Below are positions 24,555-37,538 of a stretch of DNA of 64,000 bases, in pieces; the stretch's first letter is position 1; the number at the start of each line of letters is the position of its first letter. The position numbers and the translations under genes are program-made. The notes under the pieces were generated by a model. It had not been told where the DNA came from and did no database searches. It saw only the letters and a list, made by a program, of their open reading frames with translations. Origin of the DNA: Camelus dromedarius (taxonomy: Eukaryota); NCBI RefSeq assembly GCF_036321535.1, contig NC_087438.1, positions 11,472,001 to 11,536,000 of the forward strand. Direction: 5' to 3'.

Positions 24555-24884
24555 CAGGTCTTCAATTCCCTAAGCTTACCTTGAAGCCAGGCATATTTTG
24601 GAATTTATAATTTTTCACATTTTAGGAAGTTATCTGTGATATATTCTGCAACATCCCTAGTAGAGTCTGGGACAGCACCCTTAATCAAGCCTGTTAATTT
24701 TTCTACAGCAGTAGATATGAACAGTCACACTGCATAATATTATTATAGGCTATAAATAGCCTTGCATCTGTTTGGGTCAGGTTTTGTCACCAAATTAATC
24801 TGTGCCAAACCTAGTGAAAAAAACCTTTGATTTTTTTTAGAGCTTTCTAGATTTCAGAATTATAGATGAGTAACTGTAGACCTG
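24555..24884 (+). mobile_element. MER46C-like Tigger DNA transposon fossil just downstream of the FBXL7 3' end
   Basis: TIR-like ends CAGGTC... and ...GACCTG; internal GTCTGGGACAGCACCC and GGTCAGGTTTTG; ~330 bp. Confidence 0.7.
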
Positions 24885-27800
24885 AATATACTTCCCCTGG
24901 CACTGGTTATAAACATTGGAGAAATTTTCAAAATTATGCTGACCATTGGTCTTTATAAATTTTTTTTAAGTCTTAAAACCTTAACATTTGGAAGGAGAAT
25001 ATAGCAAGTTGGTCTAAAGGGAAAATTTATCAGTCAGTTAGAAAAGGGGAAATACCAAATATCTCATTACCCAAACCTTAAGATCTGAGAAATCAATATG
25101 GCAGAAAGCAAGTCCTGATAGATGAATGGCAGACTTCATCTTTAGCAAGTAAAAAGGTTTTAGGCAATGAAGATTTTAAATGTAGTTGTTCTTATGCTTG
25201 CGCTCACCCTGTGTCAGCTATGTAATGACCCTCCCGTAAACCAGTAAGACTGTTAGCTGCCTTGGAACATGAACTCGAGGCAGCCCTATGCAGTTCCTGT
25301 CAAGATCCCAGAATAAGGTTAGCAGTAAATAAAATGCATTTCCCCTTGAGGTTCATGATGTCTTATATTGACATTTGTTCAGAAAGTCTTTAAGAAGTTT
25401 GACATCCAAGAGTGCACAACATGAAACCAAAAAGTCGAGTATTTTCAAGGGGAAAAAACATGCAATGAAATTGCTTACCTTGTCTAAATTCTCACAGAAA
25501 AGTCAAAAAGTAGAGCATTTGTTCAATAGCTGGCAATCGTGATCAGTTCAGGGAGAAATTAATTTGCAGAAATGCTGAATAGACAGTAGAAGAGGGAGAG
25601 AGAAGATTTAAACACAACTTAAATATTGTGTGAAACTGTTCACACAGAAAATCTGTGAAACAAAATTGGTTTTCCTTTGGCGAGCTCTTGGTCAAATGGT
25701 TTCTTCTTTTTGATCCACACACCAGGACTAATGTTGCGGAAAGGAGAGGCGCAGGGGGACGGGGGGTGCCTGCCATCCATCATCTGTCTGCAGTGGGCAC
25801 TGATGCCACCACTGAGACTTGCCTAAACACAGTGCCCGTCTGCCAAAGAGCAACTCAGGCATGTTTCACTGAGATGACCCCCAAGTGGGCAAAGTTGTTC
25901 ACTCGAGGGACGAAATGCTCTCATACACACTCAGACTGGGGACACCCAGCCAGGAGTGCATCCAAGATGTGATTATTCCTCCTTTTGTCCTTGAGTGCAT
26001 CACTATCTCCTCAAGCCATGGGTCCGTTTTATAGACTCTTTTTTATTTTTTCCTCGCATGTCAACAGATCAACTTGCATTTAAAATCATGAAGATGAAGA
26101 GCATCTCCACTTGGGAGTTCGGTATGGCTCCACCCCTACCTGTCAACAGCACAGTTATGGCATCTCCAGCAGGGCTTTCCCAGGAAGTATCTACAGCTGG
26201 AATGCCAATAGCTGCATGGACCATCCAGGAAGGCTACGTTTAAGCTCTAAGTTGTTGCTCAGGGGTTGACCATCAACATCATCCAGCTGTCAAAGGATGG
26301 CTTTGAAAGATCATTAAAAAATAAAATTAAGAAAAACTGACTTAAATGTTTCCAAATCTGATCATTTCTATATTGAATATTTCTCCATGCAGCCACTCAG
26401 CTACTGAATTTTACACTGATGAGATCAGCATGTCTAAATTCTATCCTGGCCAATGTGATGATCAACATATGATGGAAACTGGATATTCCCATCATTCTTC
26501 ACTAACAGTGAATTCTCAAGAAGTGACAATCATTTCTTCTGAAGGAGCAGATGGTACTCAGCTTCCCTCAACTCCTTTAACAAAAGTTTACTGACAAGGT
26601 ACTATGATGAGTTCCAGGTGAATAAGATACAATATCCTTGCCCTAAAAGAACTCAGATTGAATAATTATAACAACATGCAATGAGTTGGAAGGTCAAGAA
26701 GGGGATATAAAAAAGAATGTGGCAACATTCTTTCATTCATGCATCAAATAATTATTTTTTAAGAACTTAGTATATGCCAGGCACTGTACTGGCACTGAGA
26801 GTCTTGCCCTGATGGAGTTTACCAAAGAATCGTTTTCTTCATTATATGGAGAGAGGAATAAAGCTTAGGGACTTCGTTCAGGGAGAAGATCTTTGAGCTG
26901 GATTTTATAACTCAGACAAGGTGAACTTCACAAGCCATGATGCACTTGAACCTACGAAACAGCATACATGGAGCCCACTCGGGGACAAAATATTTGATCA
27001 GGTTGATGAAGCAATTTCTCTCTACCATAGATTAAGATTATCATAATATTAACTACACTAACCATAGGTTAACATTGTCATTGTCTTGAGTTAGTCATGT
27101 GGAAATAGAAAGTTCTCTTTTGTTCTAATGTCGCCCCATAGGTTAATTCCTACATACGCATACACACTCTTTCTCACACACACATACACACACACAACAT
27201 AATTTATAAAAAAAAAAAAAAAGGAAATATTTCCCAAAAAAAACCCTGAAACATAATTTATTGGACAATCTCTAAGAAACATCAAAGCCATCTGACTGTC
27301 CTCCCAAACAGTATATGCAACAACAAACGGTCCAAACACAGCCATATGCCAGCAAAGCGGCCATCATGACTTCTCCATTATTTAGCTCAGGGAGAGGGAG
27401 ATAGCAGGTCCCTCCAGCAGTAATCCTTGGATCCTGCAGCAAAGATGGGTGCTCTTTGGTACCATTCTAATCATTAGGCACTTATGATGGGAACGGTCAA
27501 AATAACAAGTTTCTCAATGTACCATGACCTTTTATTAAAAACTTGTCTGTGTCAGTAATCTACAGAATACTGGATGGTCCAAGAAAGATTGATTGAGTAG
27601 CCATTAAAATTGTCGAGAAATGGATTTTACTTGTAAGTGCACTGAGGACGGGTTCTTTGAAACCTCAAATTTTATCAGGGTTGTGAATATGAAGTTATCT
27701 GCCCACAGTAACAATTAACTAAACAATGAAATCCATTAGAACGTGGAAGAGTGATAGGAACGCTTTTAATTCCTGATTCAGTGCAGTCAGAGGCAATAAT

Positions 27801-29490
27801 CCTCCCGGTTTTTCAGAGCCCCCAAAGGTCTCCCAAAGTCTGAATAGGCTTATTAAGCCCATTTCCAGATGGACATGCAAAAGATAGAAGGAACGATTTC
27901 TAACGACAAAGATTAACCAGTAACTGGTGGTCCCTTTTTCTCTAATCTTCTACCAACCACTAATGAACACACAGTCACCTTTTATAAATAAAACTTTAAA
28001 AAAAAAAAGTCCAACTTTTACATCCTGAATGTATTCTTCACGGATGTTTATATTTAGAATTTAAACAAATGTATCATGGTCTTTCTCTTTTATGAGAAAG
28101 CAGATAAAGGAACAAAACTGTCCCAACTGATAAATGGCCTCCTTCATTTTATCTCAAAGCCTTTCTTTTGGAGATGGAGACCAAAGCAGATACGATTACC
28201 TTTGTGTAATTTTACAGTTTTCATACTTTCCAGTACAAACTACACAAAGGCATTGAGTTTCAAACTGCAATTCCTCATTTTGCAATCCCACCCCCTAACA
28301 ATGGAGAAACGTGAGAAATGTTAGGGTTTTTTTTCCTGCTCCTTTACCACTTAGTAAATCCCGTGAAGTGATCATTTTGCTGAACAGATCCTTGTCTTAG
28401 TAAAAGATGCGGGGAGGCAGAATTCCGACCATTTCTCTTGGTCTCATTAAAACCACACAGGCTGATATGGGATGTTGGACATAGCTGATCTAAATGAATG
28501 ACGTCTGTGAAGCACAGGCTTTCCATGAGCTGGTTGGGCTATGAGACTCCAGCTGGGTCTCCTCTCTGTTCATAATTTTAAAACACTCAAAGAATAATGA
28601 CCATGGACGGGGCTGGAAGTTTGGAGACCAAGAGGCTGTGGATTTAAAGAAAAAAGAGAGGAAAAAAACCCTTCAAATAATGACCTCTCACTCATATAAT
28701 GAAAACCAGTCTCCTCCGGATTTCCAAGCTGGCATTAATTCGCTGGTACCCTCACCTTGGAGCTCTCATGTGTGCAATGTTTCTTTTAAAAACAGCGCAC
28801 ACAGGAAAGCAACGGGAAATACAACCACTGCCACGAGAGGTCATTAGTCTCCGTGTAAAACTTGTGCATAATCCCATGTGCAGGGGGCAAGATAACCTTG
28901 AAGGTGATCCCATGCTGCGGTGTAAGGACTCTTTTCTTTTTCCAAGAAGAAAAGTCTCATGTTCTCAGGTGCTGAGGGTCTCTCTTTCTTTAACCTCCCT
29001 CAACCTAAATTCGTTGGCTTTGTGGCTTCAGGGCTCCAGTGTCTAATTCTTCACAGCCAATAGCTTGCTCTGGCCACGAAGCAAAGTGACCTTTCTTATC
29101 TGATGTTCTGATCAATGCCAAGTATTGCATCAGCAGCTCCACAGCGAAGTTCCCCTCCAGGGCTTGGGAACCCAATGTTCAACGTTAGGGGTTAGCTGGA
29201 ATCCAAGAAAGGCTTTGGGAATATTTGGCTGAACGTCTCTTTTGGCTGAAACTAAAAACCACTTAGCTAATGCAACTTTTAGAACTTTTTCAAAGATTAC
29301 TATTTCTTAATTCGAGTGAGAAGTTTTATGTACTTCTCTCCTTTTGTTTTGTACCGCCCGTTGAGTTCTCTGTGGCAAAGAATGAAATACCAATTCAGGC
29401 TTGAGTCTTGTATTTTATTATTATTATTATTTCATAATTTTTTTTTTTTTGGTTGCCTTAGGTGCATTTGGCCACTCTTGTATTGCACGC

Positions 29491-29949
29491 TGTCGACTGA
29501 AAAAAATGCACAACCTAAAAGCTGAGAATTGTGTTTTATTCAACGGACTCACTGAGGACTTAAGCCTGGGATTCAGTCTCTCAGATAGCTCTAAGGGACT
29601 ATTCCAGAGAGGTAAGGGAGGAGCCAGGATACATAGCAGTTTTTGCAAACAACAGCAACAAAAACAGGTAGTGGAAACATCAAAAGATTACTGTTAATTA
29701 AAAAACAGACATATGACATCTCAAGTTAATGAATTTAGCACTTTTCAATATATGGGAGGATGCAAGAGTCTGAGCTCGTTAAAATCATTCCTCTGATACA
29801 CATCTTAATTATCTAGGACCATATCCAGTTTTCTTTCTCCATCCTGGATCCCCTCAGCGTATGCGGTCAAATGACTGCAATGGTTGATGGCTTGATGGCC
29901 ACAACACCCTTTGTTTACTGATTTGGCAGGTGACATTTTTCCATCCACA
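29491..29949 (-). mobile_element. ERV1-class solo LTR (MER41-like), copy 2
   Basis: TGTCGACTG...ATCCACA termini; homologous to 77-595 over the full length. Confidence 0.8.
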
Positions 29950-32900
29950 GCACCATTTTCAGAAGACGTCCCTGGTGATTTCAGAACGGTCAATGGTGAT
30001 TTCAAAGAACTTGTCAGACAACATTGCTAAGTGTGGCTAACTCAATGTCCAGCAGAAAACATTATTGCCAGAATGCTGGAGTAATTTGTCAGGGACACTG
30101 AACATTTTGGAGATGATCCTGGAAATGTAACAAGCCTGGAAGACCACAGAAGTATTCCACTCTATTCCTCAAAAGTGAATTCCAAACTGTATGCAGAGAC
30201 TTAATAACCTCACAGTTATAAACTATAAGTTTAACAAATTTGGAGGGTTTGGGCTTTTTTTGTTCATTTTTGTTTTGTTTTGGGGGTTTGTTTGTGGTTT
30301 TGGTGTGTTTGGGGGATTTTTGGTGTGTTTTATTTTGTTTTGTTTTTTTGCCGAACCTAAACCTTCCTGATCTATTTGTAAATGTTCACCCATCGCTCAT
30401 ATAAGTTCCAACTCATTTCCCTGGATGGTCCTGCTTGTCTAGTGTTTACCATGATAAATTTTTCTCCTGTTAAGATCCAGGGCCCCTCGTGTAAATGATC
30501 AGTGACTATCAGCAAGCCTCTTGAAATGGTTACAAAACTACAGGTAAGCCCTTGCTAGATGTAGTTTTAAAGATTTCAAAAAGCCACTGAGAGAAATATG
30601 TCAAGGTTCTTTGTGACATTTTGTTTCCAGTAGACTGTCATAGGGACAAGGAGTTTGCAGATATCTTGTCTTATTTTTAATAATGTCTCAATATATCCTT
30701 TTTATGTGTCCCAGGAATAAACTATAAATGCAATTAGCTAAATTTTTAAAACATTACGTTTCATTTTGGAAGTGTTCCAACTTCCGTTGAAAGGATTACA
30801 ACTAGAAATTTCCCATTTCAATGCACCTTTGTCACAGGAACACCTGCTGGCCCTACTGCATTATATAACTAAGGAAAAAAAAAAAAAAAACCTTTCTTTT
30901 CTGTCTGGGTGTAATGGGTGCAATGTACAAGGATTACGTGGTAGAAGAGCCCTGGTCATCACTGACCATATTCCAAGATACCATTAGCATACAGATAAAT
31001 TTAAGTCTGCTCCAAGTTAGCATCAAGTAGTTAACTTCAGTAGGATTTAGGCACATCTGAATACCTAATCCTTCAGAAAACTACTTTTAACCACCATCCT
31101 TCTGATTTAGCAGAATCAGAAAAAAGAGTAGAAGTGTTTACAGGCCCTTTTCCCAACCTTCCTAACCTCCCCCCGCTACACTAATCTGAAAGCCGACAGT
31201 CCTGCCAAGAGGCTCAAACCAAACGCAGTTAGCTCATTTATTCTCAATTTCTTTATTAACAATTTCCAAATGTCCCTGAATTTACTTTGTTCCAGCATTT
31301 GGGATGTCTCTACACTTTGTAAAGTAATTTCTTAATGTCTCCACTAGCATTTCTCTTAACTTTAGAAGTCAACGGTAGCAGAACTTCAGTATGGGCTTGC
31401 ACTAAGATAGAGCCTCCTCCACAGACCCCAAAACAGCAAACACAGAAATATGGACCACCTTGGCCCCTGGCATGGATTACAGCTACAAAGGGAAAAAGTT
31501 GCCTTTAAGTTTTCATAACGTGGTCAGATCTGATCAAGTTAATTAATGATTAGATTAGGATTTAACAGTCCAGAATTTGCTTCCTGGTTCTGCCACTGAT
31601 TTCTGCTAATGTCTGGAGGAATCGTTTAATTTCTATATTAGAAGCTATGACAACAACAGTGGTTAAGGGTCAAGCTTTTTGGAAGTATCAACATTGTTCA
31701 TATTTTATATGGTGGTCTGGTTTTCATATAAAAAGATATATAGATGGATGGATGGATAGATAGATACATATAGACTTATGTGTATGTTTGGTCAAGGAGT
31801 ACCCAGCATTGATGCCATCTCATGAAAGTTCCTGGTGTTCCTGAAATTCTCATGTGCTCAGTGTTTTATTTAGCTTTATGAAACACATGAGCTTTGAGAT
31901 CTAGAACAAAACAGCAATGGAGCCACATGTGTCAAAAATATTGAGTGCTGCGTCTGCCCTCAGTTTTTATCAAAATCACTGTAAATCCTGCCAGTCTGTC
32001 CAACTAAAAAGAGTGAAAGAATAGAGATATTCTACTGATGCTGGAATAAGGACAAGAAAGATGTCTGACTCAGCCAATAAAACTGAAACGCTGTAGGAGC
32101 AAGCCAAGGGGATAAATAACCCATCTGAATTAGGATGCAGACAGGACTTCATGGCTGAGATTTTTTTTCTCAGCTCTAGTTACTGGGACCAAAGATGAGG
32201 GTATTTACTGATGGCATCCCAAACTCTCCCCTTTGCCAAACACAATATTTTTTTCCAATGTGGTAGTGAAATGTGTCTTTTGTACTGATTTTTAGAATTC
32301 CCTAGCCAGGTATTTTTTTCTGGAAAAATATAGCGGGATGAATACCATTGATAATCAGAAGTGGCCAGGATTCTAGAGAAAGAATTTCCAAAGAATACAG
32401 CTACATTTGTGCATGTGCTGCCTCTTAGTGCCTTCTCTGGGACAGAACACTTAGATCTGACTATGGGAAGACATGGTTCAAGGGCGGGTGGAGGACGTGA
32501 AATATTCTAAAGATATCAAAGGAATACCTGGTCGTGTAGATCTTATGTTGCTACTGTTGCTTTATTTTTTAAGTGGCATATCTGGGTGTGTGGAGGGCAC
32601 GAGGTGTGTGGAGGAATGGACAGGAAGTGGGGAAGGGGAAAGAGTCTCACGGCTTCACCTGTGCCGGGTTTTCTATTTGTATCCAGTCCTACTACACCTT
32701 GGTTCCTCAGGAGCTGGGAAGTTGAAACTGTTCCGAACATTCAATCCAGTGCATGCTCTTCCATCAATAGCTGCCGGAGACATAACAAAAAGCAAACATA
32801 ATTCCTACCGTCAAGACACCTACCATCTAGTCGGGGAAGACCAAAATGCAAATGGCATTCTGACTGAAATCAACAAATATTTCCTGAAAGCTCATTAATG

Positions 32901-32984
32901 AAGGACCTTGTTTTAGGCACTGGTGACAATGCAGTGAACGAGGCAGACAAAAGTCCATGCTCTCGTGAAGTTTATATTCTGAAG

Positions 32985-33192
32985 CCAACCTGTCCAACAG
33001 GACTGTCCACAATGATGGAAATGTTCTGTATCTCTGCTGTCCCTTATGGCAGCCACTAGCCACGTGTGGCTGCTGAGTACTTGAAAGGTGCTTGTGTGAA
33101 TGAAGAACTGATTCTAAAGTGTTATTTAATTTTAATTAATTTACCTTTAAACAGTCATGTGTGGCTAGTGGCTACCGTATTGTAGAAAGTAG
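32985..33192 (+). mobile_element. MER3 (hAT-Charlie), full-length copy A
   Basis: CTGTCCAACAG...ATGATGGAAATGTTCTGTATCT...GCCACTAGCCAC...ATGTGTGGCTAGTGGCTACCGTATT; ~208 bp; flanks TTCTGAAG and TTCTACAG. Confidence 0.85.
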
Positions 33193-33200
33193 TTCTACAG

Positions 33201-33405
33201 CAGCACTACCTAATTTGAATTCCAGCAATAATAAAACATTCTGTATCTGTGCTATTTCACAGGGTAGCCACTAGTTACGTGTGGTTTAGTGAGCATCTGA
33301 AATGTGGCTGTTGTGACTGAGGAACTGAATATTAAATTTCATTTAATTTTCATAAATTTCAACTTAAACGCACGTGGCTAGTGACTGCTGTCTCAGATAG
33401 CACAG
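33201..33405 (+). mobile_element. MER3 (hAT-Charlie), full-length copy B
   Basis: CAGCACT...GGTAGCCACTAG...GAAATGTGGCT...GACTGAGGAACTGAAT...GTGGCTAGTG...AGCACAG; flanks TTCTACAG and CTCTAGAA. Confidence 0.85.
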
Positions 33406-33413
33406 CTCTAGAA

Positions 33414-33527
33414 ACTCGCTTCTCCAGTATGGTCCATGGTCCTGTAGCATCAGCAACACTTAGAATGTTAAAAATTCAGACTCTGTGTGTTAACAGGATC
33501 CTCAGATTAAAGTTTTGGAAGCACTTG
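33414..33527 (+). mobile_element. MER5-like (hAT-Charlie) internally deleted fossil
   Basis: GCTTCTCCAGTATGGTCC...AGCATCAGCA...TCTGTGTGTTAACAGG...TAAAGTTTTGGAAGCACT resembles MER5 ends. Confidence 0.55.
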
Positions 33528-34704
33528 TCCACTAGAAGCAGACAATGAAATAAAAAATGAAATATGTGTGTGTGTGTGTGTGGATGGATGAGAATGTGTC
33601 TATGGACCAAGATGAGAAGGTCTACAGTACAGAATAAAGCAGGGAAGGGGGATGGGAGAGCTGTGTGGAGAGGTTTCAATTTTCAAAGCACAATCAGAAA
33701 AGTCTTTACTGAAAATGTGATGTTGGAGAAAAGACTTGAAAGAGGTGAGGGGACAGGAAATGCGGGTACCTGCAGGAAGAGCATTCTAGGCAGATGGAAC
33801 AGCAAATGCAAAGACCCTGAGGCAAGAGCAAAGATGCTGCTGGCTTGACCCAAGGAGCTGCAAGGAGGTCAGCATGGCTGGGGCAGAGACTCCCCAGGGT
33901 ATTGAAAGATGGGGTTACAGAGGTAATGGGGACACCTTGTGAGAGGCTGGTACCACTGCAAGAAATTTGGTGATTTGACTTATATTGTAAAGGGTGCTTT
34001 CTGGTTTTGTGTCTAAACAGTGACGGCAGGGCGCAAACAGAGACACTACCTAGGGAGCTCTTGCAACAATCTAAGTGGAAGATGAGGGCAGCTTAGAGCA
34101 GGCTGATGGAGGTGGAAGTGTTGAGATGTGATCAGATTTTGGGTTTGTTTTGAAGATGTCACCAAAAGAATTTGCTTACAAATTGGATGAGACCAGAAAG
34201 ACAAAGGAATGAAGAAGACTTCAGGCAAGCTGAAACATTCTCTAGATCTACTGGCTAGGACTACAAAATAGAGTCAGACATTATTTCCTGCATTATCTAT
34301 ATGACAAAATCTTCAAAGCTCTGTCCTGTGCATAAGGGGAAGTCCATTCATCTATCCACATTGGCAGCTATAGCCAACTATAGCCAACCCTCCATCAAAC
34401 TGCTTTCTTTAATATGAACACTTCATCTTTTGTCAGTCTTTCATAAGAGATCATGGGGATTCATCTTGAATCAGGTAGCCTCCCAACCACCCAAACCTCC
34501 TTATAGAAATTCTGGAGTCACAACTGTCTGTTAGTTCTCCCATGGAAATTTCTGGAAAGCAACACAAAGACTATCGGACACCTCCATCTGCCAGCCTCCC
34601 TTAAATATGGCTGGTCCTTGGCTTGGCAGTTCCCCTCTGGCCATCTCTTGATTGGTTTTGCTTCCCTGAATTCAGTCCTCGTGAGCCAACAATTATCAAA
34701 AACT

Positions 34705-35025
34705 GTTAATCATTTAGCTTATTCAACCAATGTTTGCTGAGCACCAGCAGCGTGCCCAGCACTTTCTTACATACTGAAAACATGACAAGAACGGACAATT
34801 CTCTATCCTTGCGAAGTTTACTTTGCTTGAAGAGAGATGAGCAATGAACAAAGAGAAACATAATGTAGTATCTTATAGTGACAAGGACCATAAAGAAAAC
34901 TAAAGTAGATTAGAAGGAGGGTGCATGCCCACGAGATGGGGGCGCTAGACTGGTGAGGGAAAGCATCACTGAGGAGATGACATGTCAGCAGGAGAGAGAA
35001 TGTATTTGCATTGCAGGAATGCAAA
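34705..35025 (-). mobile_element. L2 3' fragment
   Basis: ATTCAACCAATGTTTGCTGAGCACC...GTGCCCAGCACT; GGTGAGGGAAAGCATCACTGAGGAGATGACAT. Confidence 0.6.
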
Positions 35026-35044
35026 CAATTTGCAGTTGAATGCT

Positions 35045-35550
35045 GTCATTAGGTTCCTATTACAAATTGCAAATTACCCCCATGTTTGCCAGTTTAAAGT
35101 AATACACATGTATTATGTCCAGTTTCTATTACAACTGTGTCACAAGTTCTCGTAGCACTTGAGAGCAGTTTACTGGGTGAGTCTGGCTTGGTGTCTTTGA
35201 GGTAAGACGTGAACCCTGGCTGTCGTCATCAGAAGGCTTGACAGGCTGGACAACCCACTTTCAACCTCACTCAGTGGCTACTGGCAGGAAGCCCACCCAC
35301 ATAAGCCCCTCCATGGGGCTGCTCATGACATGATGGCTGGTTTCCCCCAGAGGGAGTGATCCAAGGAAGAGTTAAGAGATAGCAAGCAGGAAGCCAATGT
35401 GCCTTTAGTGACCTTGTCTTGGAATGACACACCATCACTTCCAATGCATCCTGTTAAACACTCTGATCCAGTGGGGGAGGGAAGCACAAAAGCCATGAAT
35501 TCCAGGATGCAGGGATCATTGGGGGGCTATCCTGGAGGCTGGCTACTTCA
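35045..35550 (-). mobile_element. MLT1F-like MaLR LTR
   Basis: GGCTGGTTTCCCCCAGAG..AGTGATCCAAG, CACCATCACTTCC, GGGATCATTGGGGGCTATCCTGGAGGCTGGCTAC. Confidence 0.7.
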
Positions 35551-35569
35551 AATATAGAACATCTTACTC

Positions 35570-36006
35570 TTTTTTAAAAATGTAAATCAATGTTTTTAAT
35601 TGAAGTGTGGTCAGTTTACAATGCTGTGTCTATTTCTGCTGTACAGCATAATGTTTCAGTCATACAAGTACATACATACAATCCTTTTTCATATTTTTTT
35701 CCATTATAGGTTGCTACAAGGCATTGGCTATAGTTCCCTGTGCTGTACAGTAGAAATTTGTTGCTCATCTATTTAATATATGGTAGTTAGAACCTGTAAA
35801 TCGCAAACTCCCAATTTATCCCTTCCCACTCCTTTCTCCCCTAGTAACCATAAGTTTGTTTTCTATGTTTGTGAGTCTGTTTCTGTTTTGTAAATAAGTT
35901 CATTTCTGTCTTTTTTTTTAGATTCCACAGATAAGGGATATCATATGGTTATTTTTCTTTCTCTTTTCTGGCTTACTTCACTCAGTATGATGATCTCCAG
36001 GTCCAC
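35570..36006 (-). mobile_element. 5'-truncated L1 3' UTR fragment
   Basis: Same family as 8180-8638 (TTAGATTCCACA..TAAG..ATATCATATGG); flanking near-repeats CTTACTCTT and CTTATTCTT. Confidence 0.85.
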
Positions 36007-37139
36007 CTTATTCTTGAGAGCCACTCCACTCCTCTTCAGTCTTGTCATTGATCACCCCTTCTGATCCCTTTCTTTCACGAGCCAAGAGATTTAAAGAAGG
36101 AAGAGAAGTGGGGGAGAGGAGGAGGAGGAAGAAGAGGAAAATGGAGAGTAAAAAAGGAAGGGGAGGAGGAGGAGAATGGAAGAGGAAAGAAAGAAAATGA
36201 AAAGAAAACGACGTTTGTATTTTCTTTTGAAAAAGCTTTGTTATTGTCAGCTCCTAAGCCCAGATCGTCTCTAGACACGTTATTGCATGTCTACAGACTC
36301 ATTAATGGACTTTGCTATAATGTGGTAGCTTACTCAGTATCTAAAGATTTCTTGCTCCCACTAACAGTCACTCCAAGGAGAAAGGAGTTTTCTAAGGAAT
36401 TTATTTCCCCAAAGATAGGAATTATGCCAAATGTTCCCCTTATAACACTAAAGTTAGCTATAAGACAGTTTTCATTATAAATAATTACTTTCATTAAACC
36501 TATTTGAAGACATTGTTGTATTTTAGGACCCACTATCCCTTATTCAACATCTGACACTCTTAATTCACTCAGGTACCTGCAAAATGTCTCACACCATAAA
36601 TTTCTCCTTGGGTTTAGTTCCAGGGTAAAAATTTATTCTTCAGGAAAGCTTGCCTGCTTTCTGTAAGTCCATTAAAATGACATATCTCAGTATATTTCCC
36701 TGTCTTCTTTCATTTTCAGGAAATCCAGAAAATAATTAAGGCCAAACTATAATCTATAGCTCTTTCCAGGTAATTAGTAACCTCTGTTTCTTCCCTCCAT
36801 GTCATATGATTACTCTTGTCTTTTTTCATTATGTTTAAAGTTATATAACACCTCCAGTCCTTTTGCAGTAGACAGGATTTATATTCTAAACAAACAGTAA
36901 ATTATGACAGCTTCAGCCAAGAGCAACTGATTTTTGACTCAACCTCCAATGTATAGGTCCATATATGTAAGATGGTCACTCAATCCCAGTGGCACCACTG
37001 AAAATGAAGGACTGTTAATTGATCTCACCAGTATCTTGAGAAAGATGCTATTTTTTATATGTGCTCTTTGTCAAAGATCATGGAGCCAGCAGGAGATGAT
37101 TCAGATTCGTCCCTCCCCTGAGTCAACTTGGATACGATT

Positions 37140-37538
37140 TGTTATGTCCTGAATTGTGTCTCTCCCCACTGCAAAATCCATCTGTTGAAGTCCACCCACC
37201 TCCCCCACCAGTAACTCAGAGTGTAACTCTAATTGGTGATAGGGTCTCTACAGAGGTAATTAAGTTAAAATCAGTTCATTCAGTTAAACCCTAATATGAC
37301 TGGTGTCCTCATAAAATGAGGAGGTCTGGACATAAACAAGTGCAGAAGGAAGACAATGTGAAGACTTAGGGAGAAGACAGCAATCCACAAACCACAGAGG
37401 AAGGCCTCAGAAGAAACAACCCTGTGGACATCTTGACCTTGAACTTCGAACCTCCAGAACTGGGAGAAAATAAATTTCTGTTGTTCGAGCCATTCAGTCA
37501 ATGGTACTTTGTTATGGCAGCTCGAACGAAATAATACA
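37140..37538 (+). mobile_element. MLT1B-type MaLR solo LTR
   Basis: TGTTATG...CCTCCAGAACTGGGAGAAAATAAATTTCTGTTGTT...ATAATACA; 5-bp near-TSD CGATT/CTATT. Confidence 0.85.

Larger units (their letters stand above)
32865..34230 (-). mobile_element. L2 LINE fragment interrupted by three hAT elements
   Basis: CAACAAATATTT...TAGGCACTGGTGACAATGCAGTGAAC...TATATTCT, resuming at GCAGACAAT (~33538) and continuing through AGCATTCTAGGCAGATGGAACAGCAAATGCAAAGACCCTGAGGCA. Confidence 0.75.

Noticed and set aside
77..29949. Recombination between LTR copies 1 and 2 deleting the FBXL7 exons
   Set aside because: The copies are short and visibly diverged, with no long identical tract, so they are a poor substrate.
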